A DNA stretch of 64,000 bases from positions 480,001 to 544,000 of the forward strand of contig CALSNU010000001.1 of NCBI GenBank assembly GCA_943787795.1, in the 5' to 3' direction. The stretch comes from an uncultured bacterium. GTDB taxonomy: Bacteria > Planctomycetota > UBA1135 > GCA-002686595. Every line of letters begins with the position of its first letter. The stretch's first letter is position 1. The notes beneath the pieces were generated by a model, which was given only the letters and a program-made list of their open reading frames with translations, was not told the DNA's origin and searched no databases. A program made the translations under genes and the position numbers. This document shows positions 20,227 to 29,198 of this stretch, one piece after another.

Positions 20227-21144
20227 TCAGAGGAGATCGGAGAACTTGGACTTCTGCTTGCTGAAGAAACTGGATCCGACCGCGAACACCAGGAGGCCCG
20301 CAGCTGCGAAGCTGAGGAGCTGCCGCGGATCAGGGGCCTGGTTCTGGACGAGGACGTGGCGGTACATGTCCATCAGCCAGTGCATCGGGTTGATCTCGAG
20401 CATCCATCCGTAGTCCTTGTCCACCATCCGCTGGGGTGGATAGAAGATCGGCGTGATGAACATCCAGACGGTCAGGGCGACGCCGATCACGTGGAAGGTG
20501 TCGCGCCAGAACAGATTGAAGGTGGCGAAGAAGTACCCGAGCCCGGCGCTGAAGAGGGCCTGCAGCCCGAGCAGCAAGGGGAGCCACATGAGCTGTGCGC
20601 CGAGCTGGACGCCCTGGTGTCCGCTGGCCGCGGCCGCCGCCAGGACGGCGGGGTCGTCGGTCGGGTTGAGCTTCGCGTAGAGCAGCGCGAGGAGGACGAT
20701 CGGGAGCGCGATCATCATGTTGACGATGGCCGAGATGGTCACGTAGGCGGGCAGCACCTCGGAGGGGAAGACCACCTTCTGGATGAGGTTCTGGTTGTCC
20801 ACGAGGATGTTGGTGGAGCGCGAGATCGACTCGGCGAACGCGGTCCAGCTGACGATGGCCACCAGCATCAGGAGGACGACCTCCTGGGAGCTCTTGTCCG
20901 CATCCCAGGTCATCTTGAGGATGATCTGGAAGACCAGCAGGTAGACCGCCAGGTTCATGATCGGGTAGACCACCGACCAGAAGAAGCCCAGGCTCGACCC
21001 GACGTACCGTGACTTGAGGTCCCGGCCCACGAAGCTCCACAGGAGGGTCCTGTTGGCCTTTAGGGATCGGAGAAGCTGAAGCACCGGGAGCTCGGGCGCG
21101 GCGGGCGCCGTGAGTAGAGTCGCGATCGGACGGGACGGGTGCAA
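20227..21144 (-). CDS. wzm: Polysaccharide ABC exporter permease
   Basis: RDLKSRYVGSSLGFFW, LIQKVVFP, TPIFYP, NP and KFSDLL. Start position uncertain. Confidence 0.92.
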   Translation of the reverse strand: MHPSRPIATLLTAPAAPELPVLQLLRSLKANRTLLWSFVGRDLKSRYVGSSLGFFWSVVYPIMNLAVYLLVFQIILKMTWDADKSSQEVVLLMLVAIVSWTAFAESISRSTNILVDNQNLIQKVVFPSEVLPAYVTISAIVNMMIALPIVLLALLYAKLNPTDDPAVLAAAAASGHQGVQLGAQLMWLPLLLGLQALFSAGLGYFFATFNLFWRDTFHVIGVALTVWMFITPIFYPPQRMVDKDYGWMLEINPMHWLMDMYRHVLVQNQAPDPRQLLSFAAAGLLVFAVGSSFFSKQKSKFSDLL

Positions 21145-21202
21145 CCTCCCGCAGGCCGGTCGCGAGCGAACTGAGGGATTGTCTCCCGATTCAATCGCGC
21201 TC

Positions 21203-21850
21203 TCAGTCGAGCTTGGGGGGCGGGAACGCCGCGTGGGCGCGGAGGGTCATCCGCGCCCGTTTCTCGATATCGACCTCGGTGAAGATCGGCTCCATCGCAT
21301 TTTGCGGAAGATGCAGTTTCTGCGTCAGGGCGTCCGTGAGCAGCTCCACGGGGACATCCTCGGGCAGCACCAGGGGCTCCTCCGTGCGGACGTCGAGCGC
21401 TGCCCGGAGCTCACTCCGCAATGATTCCTGGACGCCGAGGTCCAGCGGGACCTCGGTGACGCGGCGGGCGCTGACCTTTCGGTAGAGCCGGTCCGAGGGC
21501 ACCTCCTCGACGTCAAAGCGTCCCAGGCCGAAGAGCCAGATGAAGTAACGGCCGTCGGGGGTCTTCTCGTGGCGGGCGATCTCACCCACGCCAGAGACGC
21601 GGAGGATCCTCGGGGCGAGCTCCTCTTCCCCGTCCTCGGTCGGCTCCTGACCCTCGAGCACGGTGCCCATGGCAAGGCGCCCCTGGCCATCGAGGACGTC
21701 GTCGATCATCTGCCTGTAGCGAGGCTCGAAGACGTGCAGTGGGAGGATCTGCCGCGGCAGGAGGAACACTCCGCCCAGCGGGAACATCGGCAAGATGCTC
21801 TCCGGGCGGTTGTCCTCCTCGAAGGGCCAGACGTCAGGGATCTCCGTCAT
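21203..21850 (-). CDS. LON substrate-binding domain protein (no ATPase or protease domain)
   Basis: LPMFPLGGVFLLPRQILPLHVFEPRYRQM and DGRY. Confidence 0.88.
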   Translation of the reverse strand: MTEIPDVWPFEEDNRPESILPMFPLGGVFLLPRQILPLHVFEPRYRQMIDDVLDGQGRLAMGTVLEGQEPTEDGEEELAPRILRVSGVGEIARHEKTPDGRYFIWLFGLGRFDVEEVPSDRLYRKVSARRVTEVPLDLGVQESLRSELRAALDVRTEEPLVLPEDVPVELLTDALTQKLHLPQNAMEPIFTEVDIEKRARMTLRAHAAFPPPKLD

Positions 21851-22025
21851 GCCCTCAAGCTAGGGCCTGGTGCGCCGCTTGGAACCCCGCTGGGTGAGGT
21901 AATCCGTTTCATGACCACTCCGCTGGCCTCCGGTGGCTGTGTCAAGGGTCGCTGACCGATCGAGCCCGGTGAGGTACGCCGGGCCAGACTCGCCTAGCGG
22001 CGTGTGCCCCATCAGGCGTGCCCCG

Positions 22026-22853
22026 TCAGGCGTGCTCGAGCAGCGCCATGATCTCCACGGCGTCACGGTTACGGCCATGGCGGCGCATGGCCGCGGCGAG
22101 GTTGCGGAGCTGCCGGGTCAACATCTCGGCGTCCGGCGCGGGTTCGAACCAGTGGGAAGAGGGCGCCACGCCCAGCTGGCGGAGACGCGCGAGGCACGCG
22201 GCCTCATCGAGGGGGGCGCCGCCGCTGTAGGGGTCGAGGACCTGCTGGCTGGACTCACCTCGAACCATGAGCAGGACGTGCGCGGGGAAGGGGAGGAGGG
22301 CGATCTCCATGCCCGCGCGCCGCCCGACGAGGGCGTAGACCGCGCAGAGCGTCAGGGGGAGGCCGCGGCGGTCTTCCACCGCCCGCGTCAGGGAGACGTG
22401 GAGGGAGTTGTGGAAGTCGTTCGCGGCACCCCTCAGCCCCGCTTCGACGGCCAGGACTTGCCGGAGGGCGGCGCCAGCAGCCTCCGCCGACGCCCTTTCA
22501 TCGAGACGATCTCGGGTGGCGGCGGCCCAGGCGTCGAGCTGGCCGGCGACATCCAGGGCTGGGTCAGCGGCTCCGAGCACCTCGTCAATGGCGAGCAGAC
22601 CGGCCTCGAGGGAAGCGTCGGGGTCGACGAGGAGCTCACGCAGCTGCTGGAGTCCGCGGCGTCGACGGAGCTCGATGAGGATCTGCCGGGCCCGTGCTCG
22701 GAGCACCGCGTCGGGACCGTCCGCCGCGTGACGGAGCGCCGGGATCGCCCCGTCCCCAAGGGTCAGCAGCGCCTCCTTGACCGTCCGGCGTGACACAGCG
22801 GAGCCGTCCCCGAGGAGGGGCACAAGCGTGTCTGCGGAGGGGGGCTGTTCCAT
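22026..22853 (-). CDS. SirB1 / transglutaminase-like core protein with an N-terminal HEAT-like region
   Basis: RRGLPLTLCAVY...FPAHVLL...LDPYSGG...LTRQLRNL. Confidence 0.85.
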   Translation of the reverse strand: MEQPPSADTLVPLLGDGSAVSRRTVKEALLTLGDGAIPALRHAADGPDAVLRARARQILIELRRRRGLQQLRELLVDPDASLEAGLLAIDEVLGAADPALDVAGQLDAWAAATRDRLDERASAEAAGAALRQVLAVEAGLRGAANDFHNSLHVSLTRAVEDRRGLPLTLCAVYALVGRRAGMEIALLPFPAHVLLMVRGESSQQVLDPYSGGAPLDEAACLARLRQLGVAPSSHWFEPAPDAEMLTRQLRNLAAAMRRHGRNRDAVEIMALLEHA

Positions 22854-22982
22854 GGGCGCAGGCGGGGGTTCGCCCGGCGGGGGGCGGTTGGGGCGTCCAG
22901 CTTGGAATTCCCCGCAGAAAGGCTCTCAGGTAATACCTGGGTGGGATGTCGCAAATGCGGGGTGGATGCCGCCGAGCTTAGA

Positions 22983-23011
22983 TTGCCCCCCCTGACCCCG
23001 GCCCTTATCCT
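22983..23011 (+). promoter_or_regulatory. Candidate sigma70-type promoter for the second thiolase operon
   Basis: TTGCCC-N17-TATCCT, about 90 nt upstream of ATG 23102. Confidence 0.35.
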
Positions 23012-23101
23012 GTTCGCCCACAAAACGGATTGAGAGGCCCGTCGCTGCCCCTCTCGACACTCAGCCGAGCCTGCCAGCTCGGCTTCCTCCCCCGATCTCC
23101 C

Positions 23102-24322
23102 ATGAAAAACGCCCTCAGACGCGGCCCCGAGCGGGTCGCAGTCGTCGCCGCGAGGCGCACGCCCATCGGGAAGTACCTGGGCTCCTTCGCCGACCTGTCT
23201 GCCGCAGATCTCGGGGTCGAGGCGGTACGCGCCGCGCTGGAGGCCGGCAGAGTCCCCGCCTCGTCGGTGGGCGAGGTCTTCATGGGCAACGGTCGACAGG
23301 CCGGCGGCGGTCCGAACGTGGCTCGACAGATCTCCGTCCGCGCCGGCATCCCCGAGACGGCCTGCGCGACCACGATCAACATGGCCTGTGGTTCCGGCCT
23401 GAAGTCTATCGTTCTCGCTGCAGACGCCATCCGCCGCGGTGAGATGGACGTGGCGGTGGCGGGCGGCACGGAGTCCATGAGCGGCCTGCCCTTCTACCTG
23501 CCGAAGATGCGGCGGGGCTACCGGCTCGGCTCGGCGCCCCTCGTGGACGCCATGTACAAGGACGGCTTCGACTGCCCCCTCGCGGACATGGTGATGGGGG
23601 AGACCGCGGAGAAGCTGGCGCAGGAGCTCGGGATCACCCGCGACGAGCAGGACGCCTTCGCCGTGGAGAGCCAGCGCAAGGCCGGCGCGGCCATCGAGGC
23701 GGGGCGTTTTGACGCAGAGCTCGCGCCGGTCGTGATCAAGACCCGCAAGGGGGAGGTCACCGTCGACGCCGACGAGCACCCGCGTCCGGACGCCACGCTG
23801 GAGAAGATGGGCCGCCTGCCCGCGGTCTTCGGCAAGCGCTACGACGGGAACGGGACGGTGACCCCCGGCAACGCCAGCGGCATCACCGACGGCGCCTCGG
23901 CGCTGGTGCTCGCCACGGAGTCTGCCTGCGAGAAGAACGGCTGGTCACCCCTCGCCTGGGTGGGGAGCGCGGCGCAATCTGGCGTGGATCCCACCGTCAT
24001 GGGCCTCGGCCCGGTCCCCGCCTGCGCGCGCCTCGAGGCGAGCACGGGGCGCGCGGCGAGTGACTATGACCTGATCGAGTTGAACGAGGCCTTCGCCGCG
24101 CAGGTGCTCGCCTGTGACCGCGACCTCGGGCTCGATCACGACCGCCTGAACGTCAACGGGGGCGCGATCGCCCTCGGCCACCCGATCGGCGCCACGGGCG
24201 CCCGCATCGTCACGACGATGCTCCACGAACTCGTCCGGCGGGGGGGCGAGCACGCGCTCGCGACCCTCTGCATCTCCGGCGGCATGGGCCTGGCGGTCGC
24301 GTTCGACCGCACTGGCCTCTGA
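23102..24322 (+). CDS. Thiolase (acetyl-CoA C-acyltransferase)
   Basis: [19 protein letters not shown] and CISGG. Confidence 0.94.
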   Translation: MKNALRRGPERVAVVAARRTPIGKYLGSFADLSAADLGVEAVRAALEAGRVPASSVGEVFMGNGRQAGGGPNVARQISVRAGIPETACATTINMACGSGLKSIVLAADAIRRGEMDVAVAGGTESMSGLPFYLPKMRRGYRLGSAPLVDAMYKDGFDCPLADMVMGETAEKLAQELGITRDEQDAFAVESQRKAGAAIEAGRFDAELAPVVIKTRKGEVTVDADEHPRPDATLEKMGRLPAVFGKRYDGNGTVTPGNASGITDGASALVLATESACEKNGWSPLAWVGSAAQSGVDPTVMGLGPVPACARLEASTGRAASDYDLIELNEAFAAQVLACDRDLGLDHDRLNVNGGAIALGHPIGATGARIVTTMLHELVRRGGEHALATLCISGGMGLAVAFDRTGL

Positions 24323-24381
24323 GCGCCAACCCACCAAAGAGCCGTCCTGGCCTCCGCCCGGACCACGCACCACCCATTCAC

Positions 24382-25275
24382 ATGCAGATCAAGAAAGTCG
24401 GCGTCGTCGGTTGCGGCCTCATGGGCCACGGAATCGTCCAGGTCGCGGCCCAAGGGGGCTGCGAGGTCATCGCGCTCGAGTCCGAGCAAGCGTTCCTCGA
24501 CAAGGGCCTCGCCCGGGTCGACAAGAGCCTCGCCAAGCTCGCCAGCAAGAACGTCGAGAAGGGCAAGATGGACCAGGCCACGGCGGACGCCTGGGTCGCC
24601 GAGGTGCGCGGTCGCATCTCCGGCACCACCGACCGCAGCGGCGTCGCGGACTGCGACCTCGTGGTCGAGGCCATCGTCGAGAACCTCGACGTGAAGAAGG
24701 AGCTCTTCGCCTCCCTCGGCGAGATCTGCAAGCCGGAGACGGTCTTCGCCTCCAACACGTCCTCCTTCCCGATCGGCGAGATGGCGGCGGCCTCGGGGCG
24801 CCCCTCGCGCTTCGTCGGCCTGCACTTCTTCAACCCGGTGCAGCTCATGCGCCTGGTCGAGGTGGTCCGCACGGATGACACCGACGAGGACGTCTTCGAG
24901 GCCTCCAAGGCCTTCGGCGCCGCCTGCGGCAAGACGCCGGTGTCCTGCAAGGACACGCCGGGCTTCGTCGTGAACCGCCTGCTGGTGCCCTACATGGTCC
25001 AGGCCATCGACATGCTCGACCGCGGCGACGCCTCCAAGGAGGACATCGACGCCGCCATGCAGTTCGGCTGCGGCTACCCGATGGGGCCGCTGACGCTCAC
25101 CGACTACGTGGGCCTCGACACGACGCTGTCTATCCTCCAGGGCTGGACCGAGCGCTACCCGAACGAGCCCGCCTTCAAGATCCCCACGTCCCTCGAGCGC
25201 CTCGTCGCCGAGGGCAAGTTCGGTCGCAAGACCGGCGAGGGCTACTACAAGTGGGACGGGGACAAGAAGGCATGA
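24382..25275 (+). CDS. 3-hydroxyacyl-CoA dehydrogenase
   Basis: [19 protein letters not shown] and GFVVNR. Confidence 0.93.
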   Translation: MQIKKVGVVGCGLMGHGIVQVAAQGGCEVIALESEQAFLDKGLARVDKSLAKLASKNVEKGKMDQATADAWVAEVRGRISGTTDRSGVADCDLVVEAIVENLDVKKELFASLGEICKPETVFASNTSSFPIGEMAAASGRPSRFVGLHFFNPVQLMRLVEVVRTDDTDEDVFEASKAFGAACGKTPVSCKDTPGFVVNRLLVPYMVQAIDMLDRGDASKEDIDAAMQFGCGYPMGPLTLTDYVGLDTTLSILQGWTERYPNEPAFKIPTSLERLVAEGKFGRKTGEGYYKWDGDKKA

Positions 25276-26312
25276 TCGCCGCATGGCTCGCCCCCGCCCT
25301 CGCCGCGGCCCTGATCGGGCCCGGTTCGAGTGAACCCCCCGTCGCCGCCCCGGCGCCGGCGCGCTCTGCTGCGCCGATCGCGCAGCGGGGGGTCGAGCTG
25401 TCCGCGACCATCCCGTCGCTCTTCATCGAGAACGAGCCCTTCGTCGTGTCCCTCGAGGTCACGGCGACGGGCGAGTCGACCGTCGACCTCCCCGCGTGGA
25501 TGCTCACCCCCGCAGCGTGGTCCGCGAGCCGCAAGGCGCTCCAGCGTCGCCCGAAGAAGGCCAGCGTCCCCCTGCAGCCCGGCCAGGTCCTCACGGTCAC
25601 CCTCGACCTGGCGCCCCTGATCCAGGAGCGCTTCTCCAAGCCGACCGACTTCTCCCTCGCCGTCGAGGGCGCGAAGGACACGAAGCAGGACGTGATCTGG
25701 CTCGGCGCGCCCGAGGCTGACGTCGACTACTCCACGCTCTCCGGGAAGCTCCTGGAGGACTATCAGGTGGTCCTCTTCACGAGCGGCGGTCCGATCTGGG
25801 TGGAACTCTGGCCGGACGTGGCGCCGAACCACGTGCGGAACTTCCTCGACCTGTGCGCCTCCGGCTTCTACGAGGGCTCGGCCTTCCACCGCGTGATCCC
25901 GGGCTTCATGGCCCAGGCGGGCCGCTCGAAGGACGGGACCCCCGCGCCCCGCAAGGTGCAGGCCGAGTTCAACAGCCGCCGGCACGTGGCCGGGGTGCTC
26001 TCCGCAGCCCGCCTCGGGACGGACATGGACTCGGCGGAGAGCGAGTTCTTCATCGTCCACCGCACCTCACCGCACCTGGACCAGACCTACAGCGCCTTCG
26101 GGCAGGTCCTCACCGGGATGGAGGCCGTCGAGGCCATCGTCGACACGGTGGAGAAGAACGAGGCGTTCCTCGAGAAGCTCAAGAAGGGCGGAGCGCGGAT
26201 CGACGACCGGAATCCACAGGTGGCCATGGCGCTCCACGACCCGTCCCCCGCCCAGACCATCCGCAAGGCCGTGGTCGTCCGTGCGACCAAGTCCAGGCCC
26301 AAGAAGAAGTGA
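25272..26312 (+). CDS. Exported cyclophilin-type PPIase with an extra N-terminal domain
   Basis: Signal-like N-terminus starting at an ATGA overlap. [21 protein letters not shown] and [12 protein letters not shown]. Confidence 0.85.
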   Translation: MIAAWLAPALAAALIGPGSSEPPVAAPAPARSAAPIAQRGVELSATIPSLFIENEPFVVSLEVTATGESTVDLPAWMLTPAAWSASRKALQRRPKKASVPLQPGQVLTVTLDLAPLIQERFSKPTDFSLAVEGAKDTKQDVIWLGAPEADVDYSTLSGKLLEDYQVVLFTSGGPIWVELWPDVAPNHVRNFLDLCASGFYEGSAFHRVIPGFMAQAGRSKDGTPAPRKVQAEFNSRRHVAGVLSAARLGTDMDSAESEFFIVHRTSPHLDQTYSAFGQVLTGMEAVEAIVDTVEKNEAFLEKLKKGGARIDDRNPQVAMALHDPSPAQTIRKAVVVRATKSRPKKK

Positions 26313-26395
26313 ACCGCGACCGCGTACACGCGGGGCTCCTTCGCCCCGTCGCCGCGTCGCCCCCTCGCCGCGACCCGCAACACCCCCCGCATCCC

Positions 26396-26914
26396 ATGAC
26401 TCACGAACTGAGCGGCGTCCAAGTGCGCCTCGAGACCTCCGCCGGCAACATGACGGTGGAGTTCCTCACCGACGTGGCCCCGCGTCACGCCGAGAACTTC
26501 GTCAAGCTGGCCAAGGACGGCTTCTATGACGGCACGCGCTTCCACCGCGTCATCCCAGGGTTCATGATCCAGGGCGGCGACCCGAACACGAAGAAGGACG
26601 ACGAGCGCATGTGGGGCACCGGCGGTCCCGGCTGGTCCGTGGACGCGGAGTTCAACGACGTGCACCACGAGCGCGGGATCCTCTCCATGGCGCGCTCCCA
26701 GGACCCCAACTCGGCGGGCAGCCAGTTCTTCGTCTGCCACGGCGAGGCGGGCTTCCTCGACGGGCAGTACACCGCGTTCGGCAAGCTCCTTGACGGCTTC
26801 GACGTGCTCGACGAGATCGCCAACGCGCCCACGATTCCGGGCGGCGAGAACTCGCGCCCGAAGGAGCCGGTCACCGTCACCAAGGCCACCGTCGTCGAGG
26901 CCTCCGAGGGCTGA
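26396..26914 (+). CDS. Cyclophilin-type peptidyl-prolyl isomerase
   Basis: [27 protein letters not shown] and LDGQYTAFG. Confidence 0.95.
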   Translation: MTHELSGVQVRLETSAGNMTVEFLTDVAPRHAENFVKLAKDGFYDGTRFHRVIPGFMIQGGDPNTKKDDERMWGTGGPGWSVDAEFNDVHHERGILSMARSQDPNSAGSQFFVCHGEAGFLDGQYTAFGKLLDGFDVLDEIANAPTIPGGENSRPKEPVTVTKATVVEASEG

Positions 26915-26918
26915 TCCC

Positions 26919-27707
26919 ATGAGCTACGAGAACATCCTCTACGCGGTCGAAGGGCCGATCGCCCGGGTCACCATCAACCGCCCGGACAAGATGAACGCCC
27001 TCAACGACGCCACCCTCGGCGAGCTGAAGGACGCGTTCACGAAGGCGGGCGAGGACGACGCGGTGCGCGCGCTGCTCATCACGGGCGCGGGTGAGAAGGC
27101 CTTCGTGGCCGGCGCGGACATCAACGAGCTCCTGGCGGAGGCCGGCAGCGCCGAGGGCGCGATCCGCGTCTCGACCACAGGGCAGGACGTCTTCCGGCTG
27201 CTCGAGCAGCTGGGCAAGCCCTCGGTCGCCATGGTCAACGGCTTTGCGCTCGGCGGCGGCTGCGAGCTCGCCCTCGCCTGCACCCTGCGCACCGCCTCCA
27301 GCAAGGCGCGCTTCGGCCTCCCCGAGGCCAGCCTTGGCATCGTGCCGGGCTACGGCGGCAGCCAGCGCCTCTCCCGCATCGCGGGTCCGGGCGTGGCCCG
27401 TGAGTGGGTCCTGACCGGGGACATGTTCGGCGCCGATGAGGCCCACCGGGTCGGCGTCGTGAACCGCGTCTTCGCGCCCGAGGAGCTGGAGGAGGGCACC
27501 CAGAAGCTCCTCAAGAGCATCGTGACCAAGGGCCCCGTGGCCCTGCGCTTCTGCATGGACCTCGTGCTGTCCGGCTGGGACCTCGACCAGACCCAGGGCG
27601 AGGCCCTGGAGGCCGAGTACTTCGGCAAGGCCGCCCTGACCGAAGATATGCGCGAGGGAATGAGCGCGTTCCTCGAGAAGCGTCGGCCGGAGTTCAAGGG
27701 CCGCTGA
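26919..27707 (+). CDS. Enoyl-CoA hydratase (crotonase)
   Basis: NRPDKMNAL, AFVAGADI, GGGCELA and FGLPE. Confidence 0.93.
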   Translation: MSYENILYAVEGPIARVTINRPDKMNALNDATLGELKDAFTKAGEDDAVRALLITGAGEKAFVAGADINELLAEAGSAEGAIRVSTTGQDVFRLLEQLGKPSVAMVNGFALGGGCELALACTLRTASSKARFGLPEASLGIVPGYGGSQRLSRIAGPGVAREWVLTGDMFGADEAHRVGVVNRVFAPEELEEGTQKLLKSIVTKGPVALRFCMDLVLSGWDLDQTQGEALEAEYFGKAALTEDMREGMSAFLEKRRPEFKGR

Positions 27708-27841
27708 CTCTCCGGCGCGGGCCATGCCCGCGCATCGACCGGCCCGCCGCAGAGGCGGGCCGGACCACCTCACCCGATCATCATTGGGGCGCCCAGCGCC
27801 CCGGAAGGAGGGCGCACCGCGCCCCGCAAGCCACCAGCATC

Positions 27842-29047
27842 ATGAGCAACGAAGTCGTCATCGTCGGCGGGGCCCGGACCCCCATGGCCGAGTACTCCGG
27901 CACCCCCGGATTTGGAAAGCTGAAGGGCGTCAGCGCCATCGACCTCGCGGCGCACGCCTCGAAGGCCGCGATCGAGCGATCGAAGATCGCGGCGGACACC
28001 ATCGATCACACGATCGTCGGCAACGCGCTCCAGACCTCCAACGACGCGATCTACGGCGCCCGCCACGTGGCGCTCAAGGCGGGCCTGCCCCAGACGGTGC
28101 CGGCCCTCACGGTCAACCGCCTCTGCGGCTCCGGCATCCAGTCGATCGTGAGCGCCGCCCAGCTGATCAAGCTCGGTGAGGCGAAGACGGTCCTCGCGGG
28201 CGGCATGGAGAACATGAGCCAGGCGCCCTACGTGCTCCACGGCGCGCGGGACGGCTTCAAGTTCGGCGTCCAGCCCAACCTCGAGGACCTGCTGTTCGCG
28301 AGCCTGTATGACCCCTACGGCGACACGTACATGGCGCAGACCGCCGAGGCCATCGCCCGCCGGCTCGAGATCTCCCGTGACGCCCAGGACGAGTACGCCC
28401 TGCGGAGCCACAAGCTCGGCGCCGAGGCCGTGGCCGCGGGCCGCTTCGCCGAGGAGATCGCGCCGGTGATCATCCCGAACCGCCGGGACGACATCACCGT
28501 GGACGTCGACGACCACATCAAGCCGGACTCGACCATCGAGGGCCTCGCCAAGCTGCGGGCCGCCTTCGGCAAGGAGGGGACGGTGACCGCTGGCAACGCG
28601 AGCGGCATCGTGGACGGCGCGGCCATGGTGGTCTGCACGACCGCCGAGCGCGCCCAGGCGGACGGCCTGGACGTGATGGGCGTCGTGCGCGGCTACTCCT
28701 GCGTTGGCGTCGACCCCAAGGAGATGGGCATTGGCCCGGTGCCGGCGATCAAGGTCCTCCTGGACGAGGCGGGCATGTCCGTCGGTGACATTGACTACTT
28801 CGAGATCAACGAGGCCTTCAGCGCCCAGTACCTGGGCTGCGAGAAGGAGCTCGAGCTGGATCGGGACCGTTGCAACGTGAACGGGGGCGCCATCAGCCTC
28901 GGTCACCCGCTCGGCGCCACGGGCACCCGGCTGGTGCTGACGCTGCTCTACCAGCTGCGCCGCTCGGGCAAGAAGTTCGGCGTGGCCTCCGCCTGCATCG
29001 GCGGCGGCCAGGGGATCGCGATCCTCGTGGAGAACCCCGCGGCCTGA
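27842..29047 (+). CDS. Thiolase (third paralogue)
   Basis: NRLCGSG, NEAF, GHPLGATG and CIGGG. Confidence 0.94.
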   Translation: MSNEVVIVGGARTPMAEYSGTPGFGKLKGVSAIDLAAHASKAAIERSKIAADTIDHTIVGNALQTSNDAIYGARHVALKAGLPQTVPALTVNRLCGSGIQSIVSAAQLIKLGEAKTVLAGGMENMSQAPYVLHGARDGFKFGVQPNLEDLLFASLYDPYGDTYMAQTAEAIARRLEISRDAQDEYALRSHKLGAEAVAAGRFAEEIAPVIIPNRRDDITVDVDDHIKPDSTIEGLAKLRAAFGKEGTVTAGNASGIVDGAAMVVCTTAERAQADGLDVMGVVRGYSCVGVDPKEMGIGPVPAIKVLLDEAGMSVGDIDYFEINEAFSAQYLGCEKELELDRDRCNVNGGAISLGHPLGATGTRLVLTLLYQLRRSGKKFGVASACIGGGQGIAILVENPAA

Positions 29048-29118
29048 TCCCTGCCCCTGCCCTTGTCCCCGACCCTGCCTTTATCCCTGACCCTGCCTTT
29101 GTCCCCGACCCTGCACTG
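29047..29118. repeat. 18-bp degenerate tandem repeat x4 starting at the thiolase stop
   Basis: atccctgcccctgccctt / gtccccgaccctgccttt / atccctgaccctgccttt / gtccccgaccctgcactg. Confidence 0.85.
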
Positions 29119-29198
29119 GCCGCGCACCCACGCGGCGATGACCTCGTGCCCCGGGCCCGCCGCTGCGGGTCCGGCCGCGAGGCGAGGATGACCCAAGA

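Noticed and set aside
21203..21850. Truncated lon pseudogene
   Set aside because: Stand-alone LON substrate-binding proteins are a common family. The ORF is intact and no ATPase remnant follows.
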